DNA from: Desulfobacterales bacterium | Lineage (GTDB): Bacteria > Desulfobacterota > Desulfobacteria > Desulfobacterales > SURF-7 | DNA length: 64,000 nucleotides | Direction: 5' to 3' | Assembly: GCA_018693105.1 (NCBI GenBank) | Contig: JABHLN010000004.1 | Coordinates: forward strand, 2,327-66,326 | In this document: positions 30,823 to 41,146 of the stretch, in pieces | How the letters are laid out: each line of letters opens with the position of its first letter | Position numbering within the stretch: the first letter of the stretch is position 1 | The notes under the pieces: generated by a model | What the model was told of the DNA's origin: nothing | Databases searched by the model: none | Seen by the model: the letters and a program-made list of their open reading frames with translations, nothing else | Translations under genes and position numbers: made by a program

Positions 30823-32325
30823 TTAAAGCCAGTCGTAAGTTCGTTTAACAGCTTTCAGCCAGCCATTGTATAATTCATTTCGCTTTTTATCCGACATTTC
30901 AGGATCCCATTTTCTTTCAAGAGTCCAGTTAGATTTTAATTCATCTGTAGTGTCCCAGAATCCGGTTGCAAGACCGGCTGCAAATGCAGCTCCTAGTACT
31001 GTTGTTTCTGAAATCTTTGGGCGAAAGACAGGAATGTTTAGAATATCCGACTGAAACTGCATAAGGATTTCATTGACAACCATGCCTCCGTCCGCCTTTA
31101 TGGTTTTAAGGCCTATACCCGAGTCTTTTTCCATGGCATCGAATATTTCTTTCGTCTGGAAAGCTGATGCTTCAATAGCTGCTCTTGCAATGTGGCCTTT
31201 GTTTATATAGTGTGTCATACCGATTATAAGTCCTCTTGCGTCGCTTCGCCAATGTGGTGCGAATAATCCTGAAAATGCAGGAACAAAATAGATTCCACCG
31301 TTATCAGGAACGCTTTTTGCCATGGTTTCAATATCGGCAGATGCATCAAAAAATTCGAGATTGTCTCTAAGCCACTGTACAAGGGATCCTGCCATGGCAA
31401 TTGATCCTTCCAATGCGTATGCCGCCGGTTGTTTACCGATTTTGTATCCCACGGTTGTAAGCAGGCCTTGTTTTGAATGAACAATTTTTTCTCCTGTATT
31501 CATAAGGAGAAAACAGCCTGTCCCGTATGTGTTTTTTGCTTCTCCAACTTCAAAGCAGGCCTGACCGAAGAGAGCTGCCTGCTGGTCCCCCAGATCTCCT
31601 GAAACAGGTATTGTGTCATTAAAAACATCGTTTACTTTTGTATGACCATATATTTCACTTGAAGAATGAATAACAGGCAGGATAATTTCAGGGATACCCA
31701 ATACATCAAGCATGCTTTCGTCCCAGTCAAGGGTATTAAGACTCATAAGCATTGTACGGCTTGCATTTGTGACGTCAGTTACATGGACTCCGCCATCTGG
31801 ACCTCCTGTGAGCCACCATATAATCCATGTGTCGATATTACCGAATAAAACATTACCTCGGACGGCAGCATCTCTTAATCCATCTGTATTATCAAAAATC
31901 CATTTTATTTTGGGGCCTGAAAAATATGTTGCAAGAGGAAGACCTGTAATATGTCGGTAACAATCCATGTCGCTGTTTACAGCAAGATCTTTACAGATTT
32001 GATCAGTCCTCATATCCTGCCAGACAATAGCATTGTAATAAGGATCACCTGTTCTGGGGTCCCAGACTATTGTTGTTTCCCTCTGGTTTGTTATGCCGAT
32101 TCCTGATAATTCTTTTGAAGTAATACCTGCTTTTTTAAGGGCGGTTTTAATTACTTCAAAGGTCCTGTTTTTTATCTCAACCGGATCATGCTCAACCCAA
32201 CCGGGCTTTGGATATATTTGTCTGTGTTCAAGTTGGTGCATGGATACGATTTCACAGTCATGGTTGAAAATAACAAATCTCGTGCTCGTGGTTCCCTGAT
32301 CTACAGCCCCGATATATTTTTTCAT
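30823..32325 (-). CDS. glpK: glycerol kinase
   Basis: [30 protein letters not shown]. Confidence 0.93.
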   Translation of the reverse strand: MKKYIGAVDQGTTSTRFVIFNHDCEIVSMHQLEHRQIYPKPGWVEHDPVEIKNRTFEVIKTALKKAGITSKELSGIGITNQRETTIVWDPRTGDPYYNAIVWQDMRTDQICKDLAVNSDMDCYRHITGLPLATYFSGPKIKWIFDNTDGLRDAAVRGNVLFGNIDTWIIWWLTGGPDGGVHVTDVTNASRTMLMSLNTLDWDESMLDVLGIPEIILPVIHSSSEIYGHTKVNDVFNDTIPVSGDLGDQQAALFGQACFEVGEAKNTYGTGCFLLMNTGEKIVHSKQGLLTTVGYKIGKQPAAYALEGSIAMAGSLVQWLRDNLEFFDASADIETMAKSVPDNGGIYFVPAFSGLFAPHWRSDARGLIIGMTHYINKGHIARAAIEASAFQTKEIFDAMEKDSGIGLKTIKADGGMVVNEILMQFQSDILNIPVFRPKISETTVLGAAFAAGLATGFWDTTDELKSNWTLERKWDPEMSDKKRNELYNGWLKAVKRTYDWL

Positions 32326-32612
32326 GGTCGTTGCTTCCCTGAAAATTGAATGCCAAAAAATGAAAAATAGATATTGGAAATTAGTGAAACCTTGTCAGTT
32401 ATTTCTGAATTACAACAAGTAATGAAGTTAATATGTGTATAACAGATAGCTTGCTGTATATCAAATTATGTGATTGTATAAAAAAATCATTTAAAAGGGA
32501 CGTCAATTGGTTAAGTAATGCGGATGGTCAAATAATGCGGATCTGTTCAAGCTACTATACTTCCAGCCCATTGCATATTTACCATTAAACCTGGAGCCAT
32601 AAACCAAGAACT

Positions 32613-33308
32613 ATGAACGATTTTATCTACTTTGCACATCGTGGGGCGAGCGGGTATGAGCCTGAAAATACTCTTATTGCTATAAGAAAAGCACTTGAAA
32701 TGGGTGCAAAGTGGATTGAAATCGATGTTTACGCTGTGGAAAATGAACTGGTAGTAATTCATGATGAAAGGCTGGAACGTACAACAAACGGCAAAGGCCT
32801 TATTACTAATAGTTCTCTGGATTATTTACGTTCTCTTGATGCCGGAAAAGGGGAAAAAATTCCTTTGTTAAGAGAAGTATTTGAAACAATCGGTCATGAT
32901 GCAGGCCTGAATATAGAATTGAAAGGCCGTGAAACCGCAGAATTAATAGTTTCCTATATTAATGAATTTGTAGGAGAATATGGATGGGAATACAGCCGGA
33001 TACTTGTATCTTCATTTGAACATCACGAACTTCAAAGGGTAAAAAAACTCCAGCCCGAAATTTTGTTAGCGCCTATATTTTCAAGAATTCCTGAAGATTA
33101 TATTACAATAGCCAAAGAAATTGATGCATTTTCCGTTAATCTTGATGCCGGGTTTATAAATAAAAAATATGTTGAGGAGATTCATAATCAAATGATGAAG
33201 GTCTTTGCATATACTTTGAATGATAAGAAAGATATTCAATTCATGAAGGAAATCGGTGTGGATGGAGTTTTTACAAATTATCCTGAATTAATAGAACTTA
33301 CGGAATAA
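32613..33308 (+). CDS. glycerophosphodiester phosphodiesterase
   Basis: AHRGASGYEPENT, EIDV..VVIHD, and a C-terminal DGVFTNYPE. No obvious RBS at the proposed start. Confidence 0.85.
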   Translation: MNDFIYFAHRGASGYEPENTLIAIRKALEMGAKWIEIDVYAVENELVVIHDERLERTTNGKGLITNSSLDYLRSLDAGKGEKIPLLREVFETIGHDAGLNIELKGRETAELIVSYINEFVGEYGWEYSRILVSSFEHHELQRVKKLQPEILLAPIFSRIPEDYITIAKEIDAFSVNLDAGFINKKYVEEIHNQMMKVFAYTLNDKKDIQFMKEIGVDGVFTNYPELIELTE

Positions 33309-33518
33309 GAAAGAACTTTATTATATTTCAGCCATATGTTATAAAACTTCTGTTTTGTCAAAAGGATATATAGTTTTATAGGGTAGTAAAACGGTTTTGA
33401 AATACAAAACCTGTCAGTCAAATATCTCCAGAAAATGATACCTGATTAATAATTGTTGTGTGTGCTTTTTGCCGGGTGAATTGCCCCGCTGATGAAATGA
33501 GGAGAAAAGGATAATTTA

Positions 33519-34388
33519 ATGATGAAGGTCCGAAAAGCAGTATTCCCCGTTGCCGGGCTGGGTACGAGATTTTTATCTGCAACCAAGGCAATGCCTAAAG
33601 AAATGCTTCCTGTCGTTGACAAACCTCTGATTCAATATGCAGTTGAAGAGGCCCTCGATTCAGGAATTGAGCAGATAATATTTGTTACCGGAAGAGGTAA
33701 AAGCGCTTTGGAGGATCATTTTGATAAATCCGGGGAGCTTGAGGAGATATTGAGAGCCAAGGGTAAAAATGAACTGCTAAAGTCAATTGAGTCTGTGATT
33801 CCTGACTCAGGTACAATCATTTATACTCGACAGAGGGAAATGCTTGGATTGGGACATGCTATATGGTGTGCGAGAAATGTAGTGGGAAATGAGCCGTTTG
33901 CAGTTCTTCTTGCCGATGATCTTATTCAATCAGATACTCCTGTTTTGTCACAGATGTTAAAAGAGTTCGAAAATCTTCAGTCAACAATGATAGCCGTTTT
34001 TGAAGTAGAACCTTCAGAAACTCAAAAATACGGTATAATTGACGCTGAGAATATCAGTCATAATGTGAAAAAAGTCATGGGGCTTATTGAAAAGCCTACT
34101 CCTGAAAAAGCTCCTTCTAATAATGCTATTATCGGACGTTATATTCTTACTCCTGAAATATTTGATATCCTCGGGCAAAAAAAAATCGGCTCAGGTGGAG
34201 AAATTCAGTTAACCGATGCCATGGCTTCACTTTTGAAAGATCAATCTATATATGGTTATCAATTCAAGGGGACTCGTTTTGATTGTGGAGACAAGGCAGG
34301 GTTCCTGATGGCAAATATTGCATATGCTCTTGAAAGACCTGAAATCAAACCTAAACTTATGCCGTTTATTAATTCAATCGTAAAATAG
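33519..34388 (+). CDS. galU: UTP--glucose-1-phosphate uridylyltransferase
   Basis: KAVFPVAGLGTRFLSATKAMPKEMLPVVDKPLIQY, VEKP-like IEKP. The start could be 33519 or 33522. Confidence 0.92.
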   Translation: MMKVRKAVFPVAGLGTRFLSATKAMPKEMLPVVDKPLIQYAVEEALDSGIEQIIFVTGRGKSALEDHFDKSGELEEILRAKGKNELLKSIESVIPDSGTIIYTRQREMLGLGHAIWCARNVVGNEPFAVLLADDLIQSDTPVLSQMLKEFENLQSTMIAVFEVEPSETQKYGIIDAENISHNVKKVMGLIEKPTPEKAPSNNAIIGRYILTPEIFDILGQKKIGSGGEIQLTDAMASLLKDQSIYGYQFKGTRFDCGDKAGFLMANIAYALERPEIKPKLMPFINSIVK

Positions 34389-34433
34389 TGTGAATTCGAA
34401 TGCAATTACATTAATTGACCATTGCTTCATTTT

Positions 34434-36224
34434 CTATAATCTTTCATCATACATCTTGCCTACACCATAATCCAGCCGCCTCATAAATTTGCTTTTTGCA
34501 GGACCAATTATCTGCATTTCAGGGTTCTTTTTTTGAACTATTTGTGCGATTATCATCTCCTTTGTGCAGCCTGTGCTATATGTTGCATCTTTTCCCACCC
34601 ATTCTGGCGGGACCTTTTTATCCATGATCTGAAATGATGTTGCTATATCTTCATACGTCTGAAATCTCCAGATATCAATGTAACTGCTTGTCTGGACAAT
34701 CTCCCACATGTACATTAGATCATCAGCATCCATTCCAGGTTCGTAGTAGTGTGAAGGATTGATAATAAAGGTGTCCTCAAACTGTTTCTTAAGATGTTGA
34801 ATAAAGACTGACATAATTTCTTTTGCTTCATCAATCTTTCCAGGGATTGAACCTATGACTCCACTGTAGAAAACAACAGTCATGCCATTTTCATTAGCAT
34901 CTTTCATCTGGTCAATAATTGTCTTTGCCTTTTTTTCAAGGTCCTTATGTGAAAAATTGATTACCGACGGATGTCTCGGTTTAAATGATATCAGAACAGA
35001 ATCATCGTCTCCTTTTGAAATATTGAAAATGTTCTGTGTGAACTCAAAGCCTGTGTTGAAAAACCTTCTTTTCTGGTCATTACCCCTGGAAATAATTCCG
35101 TCAACCTCTTTGAAAATACGGGCATAGGATACTGATGTGAGAAGCAGATTCGTTTTTTCCTGGGTTTCATCAGATATGACATAAATATGATCATCACTTC
35201 TCAGAATTCCCACAAGGTCGTTTTTGTTCAGGGATTTTTCATCAATGAAATATGCACCTTCAAGTTTTTTGCTGATTATTTCGTCTTCCTGAGTATCAGT
35301 ATAGGCAACTTTTGTGAAAAACGGACCACCCTTGACTCCAATAATTACAGTATGTCCAAGTTTTACAAGGTATTTGGCAATTGTGATATCAATTATTATC
35401 TCGCCGGTTTCGTCTGCAATCCATAATATTTTTTTTGAGATGTTGGTGCCGCGGGAATTATTTTTTCCATGAATCCCAAGGAAGTCAAAAAGTTTATCAA
35501 CACCATTACCTGTGAGGGCGCGGGCGAAAATTTTTTTATAATCATTTTCGGTATATTTCCGGTTATCTTCAGAGTCCCAAAGCGGTGTTTCAACTGCAAG
35601 CGCTACGAGCCTTTTCAACTCAAGCTCTTCAACACGTTCCCGTATGTCCGTAATCGTTGTCGGGGGGTCATCAAGCTTTGTAAGGTCAACATGGTTTAAT
35701 GCTTTTTTGAATTCCGGTGATTCAAGTGCTTCGCTTACTTTACGATTTCTCTTTGCTTTTTTAAAACGCAAGGGATCATCAATCTGAGTTCTGTGGTAGA
35801 AAATGTTTAAGAGTCGTTTTTCTAAACGCGAAGGCAGCATTATTTCATCGCGTGTTTCATGTTTGTATTTAATTATGACAAGTGATTCAAGATATGTTTT
35901 TTCACGATCATCATCAATATTGCTGTCGATCAGTTCAAGAACCCTCTGTAAGACCTCATTGTATTTTTTCTGAAGAAATCCTGACCGATTTCTGTTTATG
36001 ATAGCCTCAAACATCTCGTCGGAACAGGGATAATAATGATCATTTTCATCAAGATATACCATGAACCTGACCTGTTCCGGTGAAGCCACATGCTCTTTAT
36101 AGGAATAGTAATCAAGGTGATTTTCAATATAAAATGCAGTATGCCAGGCATCAATTTCCGGGTTTTTGCCATGTTTATATGATGAGCTTATGTCTGATTT
36201 CTCCTTGCTGTTTTCCTGGTCCAT
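34434..36224 (-). CDS. hypothetical protein with a C-terminal DUF89/ARMT1-like (metal-dependent phosphatase-like) region
   Basis: 596 aa. ILWIADETGEIIIDITIAKYLVKLGHTVIIGVKGGPFFTKVAYTD and IISRGNDQKRRF resemble the DUF89 DNxGxE...KGxxN pattern. I do not recognise the N-terminal ~270 aa. Confidence 0.4.
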   Translation of the reverse strand: MDQENSKEKSDISSSYKHGKNPEIDAWHTAFYIENHLDYYSYKEHVASPEQVRFMVYLDENDHYYPCSDEMFEAIINRNRSGFLQKKYNEVLQRVLELIDSNIDDDREKTYLESLVIIKYKHETRDEIMLPSRLEKRLLNIFYHRTQIDDPLRFKKAKRNRKVSEALESPEFKKALNHVDLTKLDDPPTTITDIRERVEELELKRLVALAVETPLWDSEDNRKYTENDYKKIFARALTGNGVDKLFDFLGIHGKNNSRGTNISKKILWIADETGEIIIDITIAKYLVKLGHTVIIGVKGGPFFTKVAYTDTQEDEIISKKLEGAYFIDEKSLNKNDLVGILRSDDHIYVISDETQEKTNLLLTSVSYARIFKEVDGIISRGNDQKRRFFNTGFEFTQNIFNISKGDDDSVLISFKPRHPSVINFSHKDLEKKAKTIIDQMKDANENGMTVVFYSGVIGSIPGKIDEAKEIMSVFIQHLKKQFEDTFIINPSHYYEPGMDADDLMYMWEIVQTSSYIDIWRFQTYEDIATSFQIMDKKVPPEWVGKDATYSTGCTKEMIIAQIVQKKNPEMQIIGPAKSKFMRRLDYGVGKMYDERL

Positions 36225-36231
36225 AGATTGA

Positions 36232-36289
36232 TTCCTTGTATATGAAGATTCTTATTTACCCATCGGATATATTTTTTGCGACGCCATCA
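36232..36289 (+). repeat. Family A right-arm fragment ending in an inverted left-type terminus
   Basis: TTCCTTGTATATGAAGATTCTTATTTACCCATCGGATATATTTTTTGCGACGCCATCA. Confidence 0.75.
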
Positions 36290-36299
36290 TATTTAATGA

Positions 36300-37190
36300 T
36301 TAAAATACATGTTGTTGTATTGTAAAGTCAAGCAATTGAATAAGGTCGGTTATTACGAAATCAGGTTTGATATCTTTACATTCAGGTTCATCCTGCCTAA
36401 GTCTTAAAGATCGTTTGTCTCCGGCAAAAAGTGCGGTCTGGAACCCTTCTTTTTTTGCAGCCAATATATCATTTCTCATATCATTTCCTATATATAAAAC
36501 CGATTGTACGTTCAAACCTCTTTTTTCAAGCTCTTTTGCAGCAAGCCGGAACATATGTGATGATGGCTTTGCGTATCCGTATCTATATGAAAAAAAGATC
36601 AGATCACTATCAAACCCAAGCTCTTCAGCTTTTAAGTTAAAAAACAATTCGAAAAGAAATTGCGTATAAAACTGGGCGTTGGATATTATACCCATGAGTA
36701 TATTACGTTTTTTTAATGTGGAAATAGTTTTTTCAAGCCCCGGCATAGGGTAAACAGGGTTTACTATGAAATCATATTCAGCTGCAAATTTTCTTATTAA
36801 ATCCATATCATTGATTTTAATAACTTCGGCCCATATTCTGTCTATCTCTACCTCCGGATAGTCTACTCCTTTTTGTTTCAATTCCTCATGTTTTTCTTTT
36901 ATTTTACCAAAGAGGTCTTTTAAAAGGTTCTCAGGTAAAAGGTTCCCAGGTAAAAGGTTCTCAGAATTTGAAGATATTGAATATCTGGTAAGTAGTTTGT
37001 TTATTTTTTCATATCTATTTTTGTTTTTCTCAGAGATATTTATTCCACCTGATTCGCTTATGAAGAGAGTTCCGTAAATATCAAAAAGAACCCCTTTGAT
37101 TTCTTCAACAGGTTCTCCTTTTGCTTCCAATGAAGTTTTTATAGGTGAAAGAGGGGTAATATGTTTTTCCAGAAAATCAATTTTCATCAT
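36300..37190 (-). CDS. HAD-superfamily hydrolase/phosphatase
   Basis: HAD motif I VLFDIYGTLF, motif II ISNA, and a motif IV-like GNDMRND. Contains an in-frame 15-bp tandem repeat. Confidence 0.7.
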   Translation of the reverse strand: MMKIDFLEKHITPLSPIKTSLEAKGEPVEEIKGVLFDIYGTLFISESGGINISEKNKNRYEKINKLLTRYSISSNSENLLPGNLLPENLLKDLFGKIKEKHEELKQKGVDYPEVEIDRIWAEVIKINDMDLIRKFAAEYDFIVNPVYPMPGLEKTISTLKKRNILMGIISNAQFYTQFLFELFFNLKAEELGFDSDLIFFSYRYGYAKPSSHMFRLAAKELEKRGLNVQSVLYIGNDMRNDILAAKKEGFQTALFAGDKRSLRLRQDEPECKDIKPDFVITDLIQLLDFTIQQHVF

Positions 37191-38598
37191 ACTTTCTCCA
37201 TTTAAGAAGACTGAAATTGCGCGGGGTTAAAAAACTTAGCAGCAGAACATCTTTTTTAATCTTATGATTTACCGGGGTATTGATAACTTTTTTATAAATC
37301 TTAAGTAGGCTGTCCCGATAATTTTCTTTATTATAAAATTTTTCTACTGCGTTTCGGTTATTTGTCAGTATATCAGACTGATTGTGATATGAATCATTGC
37401 CGGGCAGTTCAATATGCGGATTAAGAGCTTTCAGTATGTTATAATTCTTTTTATCTGCCAGTACATTACATATCAGTCTTTTCTGTGAAGATTCATCAAG
37501 CAGCCCGAAATCAATTACTTTGCTTTCATTGATTTCTATAAATGATTTTTCAATATCTTTTTTATCTATTACACTCTCAAAGAGTCTTAGGTTTTCTTCA
37601 AAAGCACTTTTCCACTTACTGTAAAACAGGTCACCGCCTAACAACTCTATAGGAACAAGAATTTCTGAGTAAAGATGTCCAAGATGGATACCCCGATTTT
37701 CAAAATCACAGCATATTTCCGGAAGTCGTCTACCCCAGAGATACTTCCCCGCAGTCCATGGTTCAAGAAATGAGAAACCAAAGCCCTCGGTTATACTAGT
37801 AGTAATGAAAAAACTTGATGTTCTAACAAGATTTTCAAATCCGTATTTTTGAGAAGCTTCAAATTCCACATTCAGTTTGTTTTTTCTTGTGAATATTTTC
37901 CAGTCATTATAACTTGCAATGTCTGACTCACTGTTCGGAGGAAGGGTTATTGCGAGTTTTTCCCTGTTTTTAAAAAAAAGTGATAATAGTATTGCCTCAC
38001 CAATATTTTTCCTTCTTATGGCGCGAACAGGGTATAATACAATTTTTTTCTTCTTCGTCATATCTGAATTGAAGTTGAACGTATTAACCATATTGAATGT
38101 TTTGTGAAGTCCATCTTCTTTAAGACCCGACTCTTTAAGAATATTGTAATCCCGGGAATTTATAACACCGTAATGACAGTCAGAAACATACTCTTCACCA
38201 TTGTAATACGACAAAGGGCGACCGTCTTCAGCAAAATCATGAATCTGAAGGAACAGATTTATCCCCATATTTTGCAGCGATTTCAATATATTAAGGAAGC
38301 CTCTGTTTTTTGATAATGTTGGATTATGTATGTGAAGAACATCGCACCCGTCTTTCCATGTGGATTTTATAGTACCATATATCTGTTCTGCAGTTTTTTT
38401 AGGGTCACAATAGGTGTTGCCTGTTTTATCATAACTTATACCCGGAATATGTTTAATATACTCAGGATATGGTGCTTCAGGCATTTCTCCGGTTAAAACA
38501 AGAATCTCACAGTCGTCCTTTACAGCATTTATCTGCTGATTTATGACAGTGGTAACACCGCCAGGTATCAAATGATAATGAACAAATGCAATTTTCAT
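37177..38598 (-). CDS. glycosyltransferase-like protein (GT-B fold suspected)
   Basis: 473 aa. The N-terminus MKIAFVHYHLIPGGVTTVI resembles GT4-type N-termini, and the gene overlaps the HAD gene by 14 nt. The family assignment is tentative. Confidence 0.45.
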   Translation of the reverse strand: MKIAFVHYHLIPGGVTTVINQQINAVKDDCEILVLTGEMPEAPYPEYIKHIPGISYDKTGNTYCDPKKTAEQIYGTIKSTWKDGCDVLHIHNPTLSKNRGFLNILKSLQNMGINLFLQIHDFAEDGRPLSYYNGEEYVSDCHYGVINSRDYNILKESGLKEDGLHKTFNMVNTFNFNSDMTKKKKIVLYPVRAIRRKNIGEAILLSLFFKNREKLAITLPPNSESDIASYNDWKIFTRKNKLNVEFEASQKYGFENLVRTSSFFITTSITEGFGFSFLEPWTAGKYLWGRRLPEICCDFENRGIHLGHLYSEILVPIELLGGDLFYSKWKSAFEENLRLFESVIDKKDIEKSFIEINESKVIDFGLLDESSQKRLICNVLADKKNYNILKALNPHIELPGNDSYHNQSDILTNNRNAVEKFYNKENYRDSLLKIYKKVINTPVNHKIKKDVLLLSFLTPRNFSLLKWRKYDEN

Positions 38599-38737
38599 TA
38601 TATTTATACTTTCAAGTAAGAGTAATTAAGCGACTTTCTCTATCTCAAAATATTCATACGCATTCAGCAAACAATAATCAATAGAAGTATGTATTCGTAA
38701 TCAATTAAGTAAAATATCATATAGTTTAAATCATATC

Positions 38738-38792
38738 AAATGTATATGAAGATTTTTACTTAGCCATCGGTTATATTTTTTACGAGTTCATC
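38738..38792 (+). repeat. Family A right half
   Basis: AATGTATATGAAGATTTTTACTTAGCCATCGGTTATATTTTTTACGAGTTCATCA. Confidence 0.8.
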
Positions 38793-39213
38793 AGTTTTAA
38801 TAAAGTAACAAATAAGTGCCGTGTTTGCATATTATTGAAAATTATTTGGGGTTTTTTCGCCGTAACTAATACTTTTATTAACAACATAATTAATATATAA
38901 TTCAAATATACATATATGAATAAACTACGTTACAAAAGTAAGTTTTATCTTGACATAACGATAACTTTTATCTATCGATCGATACTTTTAATTAATATTA
39001 AAATTTTATTAATTGGTATTAAGTGCCAAGTATACGATCGCTTTCTTAAATTCCGAGTTATATCTGGGATACAGGCATGAATTATTAGCAGGCTATCAAT
39101 GATTTAATTAACAACCTTGAAAAGCTGAATTATAATATTTTTTAAATATCTGATATGTTTTATGTGAGAAGTATCTATAACCCGCTTTAAACAAGTTATT
39201 TATGGAGGTTAAA

Positions 39214-40740
39214 ATGTTTATTGGTAATATGGGACACATGATATCTTTTTGGAGTGGCTTTTACCCGGAAAGTGAAGCAGTTGTTTATGAGGGTAATAGA
39301 ATTTCATATAGGGAACTTAATGAGAGAATTAATAAAGTTTGCCATGTATTAACCGACAAATTGGGAATTGTAAAAGGAGACAGGGTTGGAATTTTGCTTA
39401 ACAACTGTGTTGAGTTTTACGATATTGTTTTTGCATGCTCCAAAATCGGCGCAATATTCGTCCCTTTAAACATTCGTTTAGCCGGCAGAGAACTTGAATA
39501 TATTGTAAATAATTCTGAGCCAAAAGTCATTATTACAGAACAATTTTTCAATGAAATGCTTGAACCTGTTAAAGAAAAGCTTGTTACAGGCAGGTATTTG
39601 AATATCAACACTGATGAGTATTCTGAATTAATGAATAATTCCGGTATTGATGAGCCTGAAAATCAGGCATCCTGGGAAGATGATTTTGGTATTTTGTATA
39701 CATCAGGGACTACAGGTTTACCAAAAGGAGCAGTATTAACCAATAATAATGTACTGACCACCTGTTTGCTTATGAACACAGCATACGGTTTTACACAGGA
39801 AGTGAAACAGTTACTTCCACTTCCCTTATGTTTCACAGGTGCCATAATTACTATTTCCATGCCAACATTTCATGCCGGAGGGTCAATTATACTTGAAAAA
39901 GAATTTGATCCCGGGCTTGCCATAGAAATAATCGAAAAAGAAAAGATTACACATTTTTATGCTGTACCAACTCTTTTAGAACTTATATCACAGCAGCCGG
40001 AGTATGAAAATTCAGATTTCAGCTCTATTAAAGTGATCGGGATTGGCGCAGCCCCTGTATACAGATCACTGATAAAAAAATATGAGCTAAAAGGCATCTC
40101 TTTGGCAAACGGTTATGGACTGACCGAAGGATCCGGTTACAACATGTATATGCCGGGTGACAAAATTAAAGAAAACCTTGGCGCATACTTACCCGGCATG
40201 TGGAACCAGATAAAAATTGCTGATGATTCGGGTAATCCTGCAAAAACAGGAGAGGTGGGTGAGATAATCATAAAAGGTTCCAATGTATTGCGGTGTTACT
40301 GGAATATGCCTGAAGCAACGGCGGAATCGATTAAAGATGGATGGCTTTATACAGGCGATATGGGGAGGATGGATGAGAATGGTCGTATCTATATAGTAGA
40401 TCGGAAAAAGGATATGATAATAAGCGGTGGTTTAAATGTTTATCCTGTGGAAGTAGAAAATATTATTTCCGAGCATCCTGCAGTTGAATTTGTTGCTGTT
40501 ATTGGAAAGCCTGACAATGTATGGGGGGAGGCTGTTACAGCCATTGTCGTTGCAAAACCGGACATAGAAGTAAAAGAAGATGAATTAATCAAGTTTTGCA
40601 GGGAAAATCTTGCTGATTACAAGTCACCCAAGTCAGTGATATTCATAGATGAAATGCCCATGACTGTTTCAGGTAAAATACTTAAACCCAAATTGAGAGA
40701 ACTACACGGTTCGGGCTCTTCAGTGGTGCAATCGGATTAA
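39214..40740 (+). CDS. AMP-dependent acyl-CoA synthetase/ligase
   Basis: AMP-binding motif YTSGTTGLPKGA, then GYGLTEG, and a C-terminal GKILKPKLRE. Start set at ATG 39214, after GGAGG. Confidence 0.88.
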   Translation: MFIGNMGHMISFWSGFYPESEAVVYEGNRISYRELNERINKVCHVLTDKLGIVKGDRVGILLNNCVEFYDIVFACSKIGAIFVPLNIRLAGRELEYIVNNSEPKVIITEQFFNEMLEPVKEKLVTGRYLNINTDEYSELMNNSGIDEPENQASWEDDFGILYTSGTTGLPKGAVLTNNNVLTTCLLMNTAYGFTQEVKQLLPLPLCFTGAIITISMPTFHAGGSIILEKEFDPGLAIEIIEKEKITHFYAVPTLLELISQQPEYENSDFSSIKVIGIGAAPVYRSLIKKYELKGISLANGYGLTEGSGYNMYMPGDKIKENLGAYLPGMWNQIKIADDSGNPAKTGEVGEIIIKGSNVLRCYWNMPEATAESIKDGWLYTGDMGRMDENGRIYIVDRKKDMIISGGLNVYPVEVENIISEHPAVEFVAVIGKPDNVWGEAVTAIVVAKPDIEVKEDELIKFCRENLADYKSPKSVIFIDEMPMTVSGKILKPKLRELHGSGSSVVQSD

Positions 40741-40806
40741 TTGGTTCCATTGGTTATTAAACCGTTAATCAAATAAACAAATATTATTTTTCCAGTTTGT
40801 CATTTT

Positions 40807-40853
40807 CAGAAAGGCTGTTAAGCTTTAAACATAAAAGCTTAACAGCCTTTCTG
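40807..40853 (+). terminator. 20-bp perfect hairpin, likely terminator of the acyl-CoA ligase gene
   Basis: CAGAAAGGCTGTTAAGCTTT-aaacata-AAAGCTTAACAGCCTTTCTG followed by TCTTCTTTTG. Confidence 0.55.
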
Positions 40854-40905
40854 TCTTCTTTTGTGAATTTCATCTACTTTACCTGTACAAGCACCGCTTC
40901 ATTAT

Positions 40906-40995
40906 TGATGGCTTCGTAAAAAGTATATCCAATGGCTAAATAAAAGTCTCCATACAAAATGTATGGTTTTATGGGAGATTTTTGTATATACAAAA
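40906..40995 (+). repeat. Rearranged family A derivative
   Basis: TGATGGCTTCGTAAAAAGTATATCCAATGGCTAAATAA is a left terminus joined to right-arm-like sequence. It is followed by the short hairpin GTCTCCATACAAAATGTATGGTTTTATGGGAGAT. Confidence 0.6.
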
Positions 40996-41146
40996 AAGCG
41001 GTGGAATGATATTTTTTATTTAAAAATATAATCCATTCATCCTGTCTCAAGTAGTTTTTTTAGAGTAACTATTAAACTTAAAAGTTTGGGCAGAAAACCA
41101 ATAAAACCAATTAAACTAATGAAACCAAATCTTATAAATATTAAAA

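Noticed and set aside
38972-38983. Perfect palindrome TATCGATCGATA, and a TTGACA 30 bp upstream, as operator and promoter of the acyl-CoA ligase gene
   Set aside because: The site lies 230 bp from the gene, there is no acceptable -10 at the right spacing, and short AT-rich palindromes are expected by chance in this DNA.
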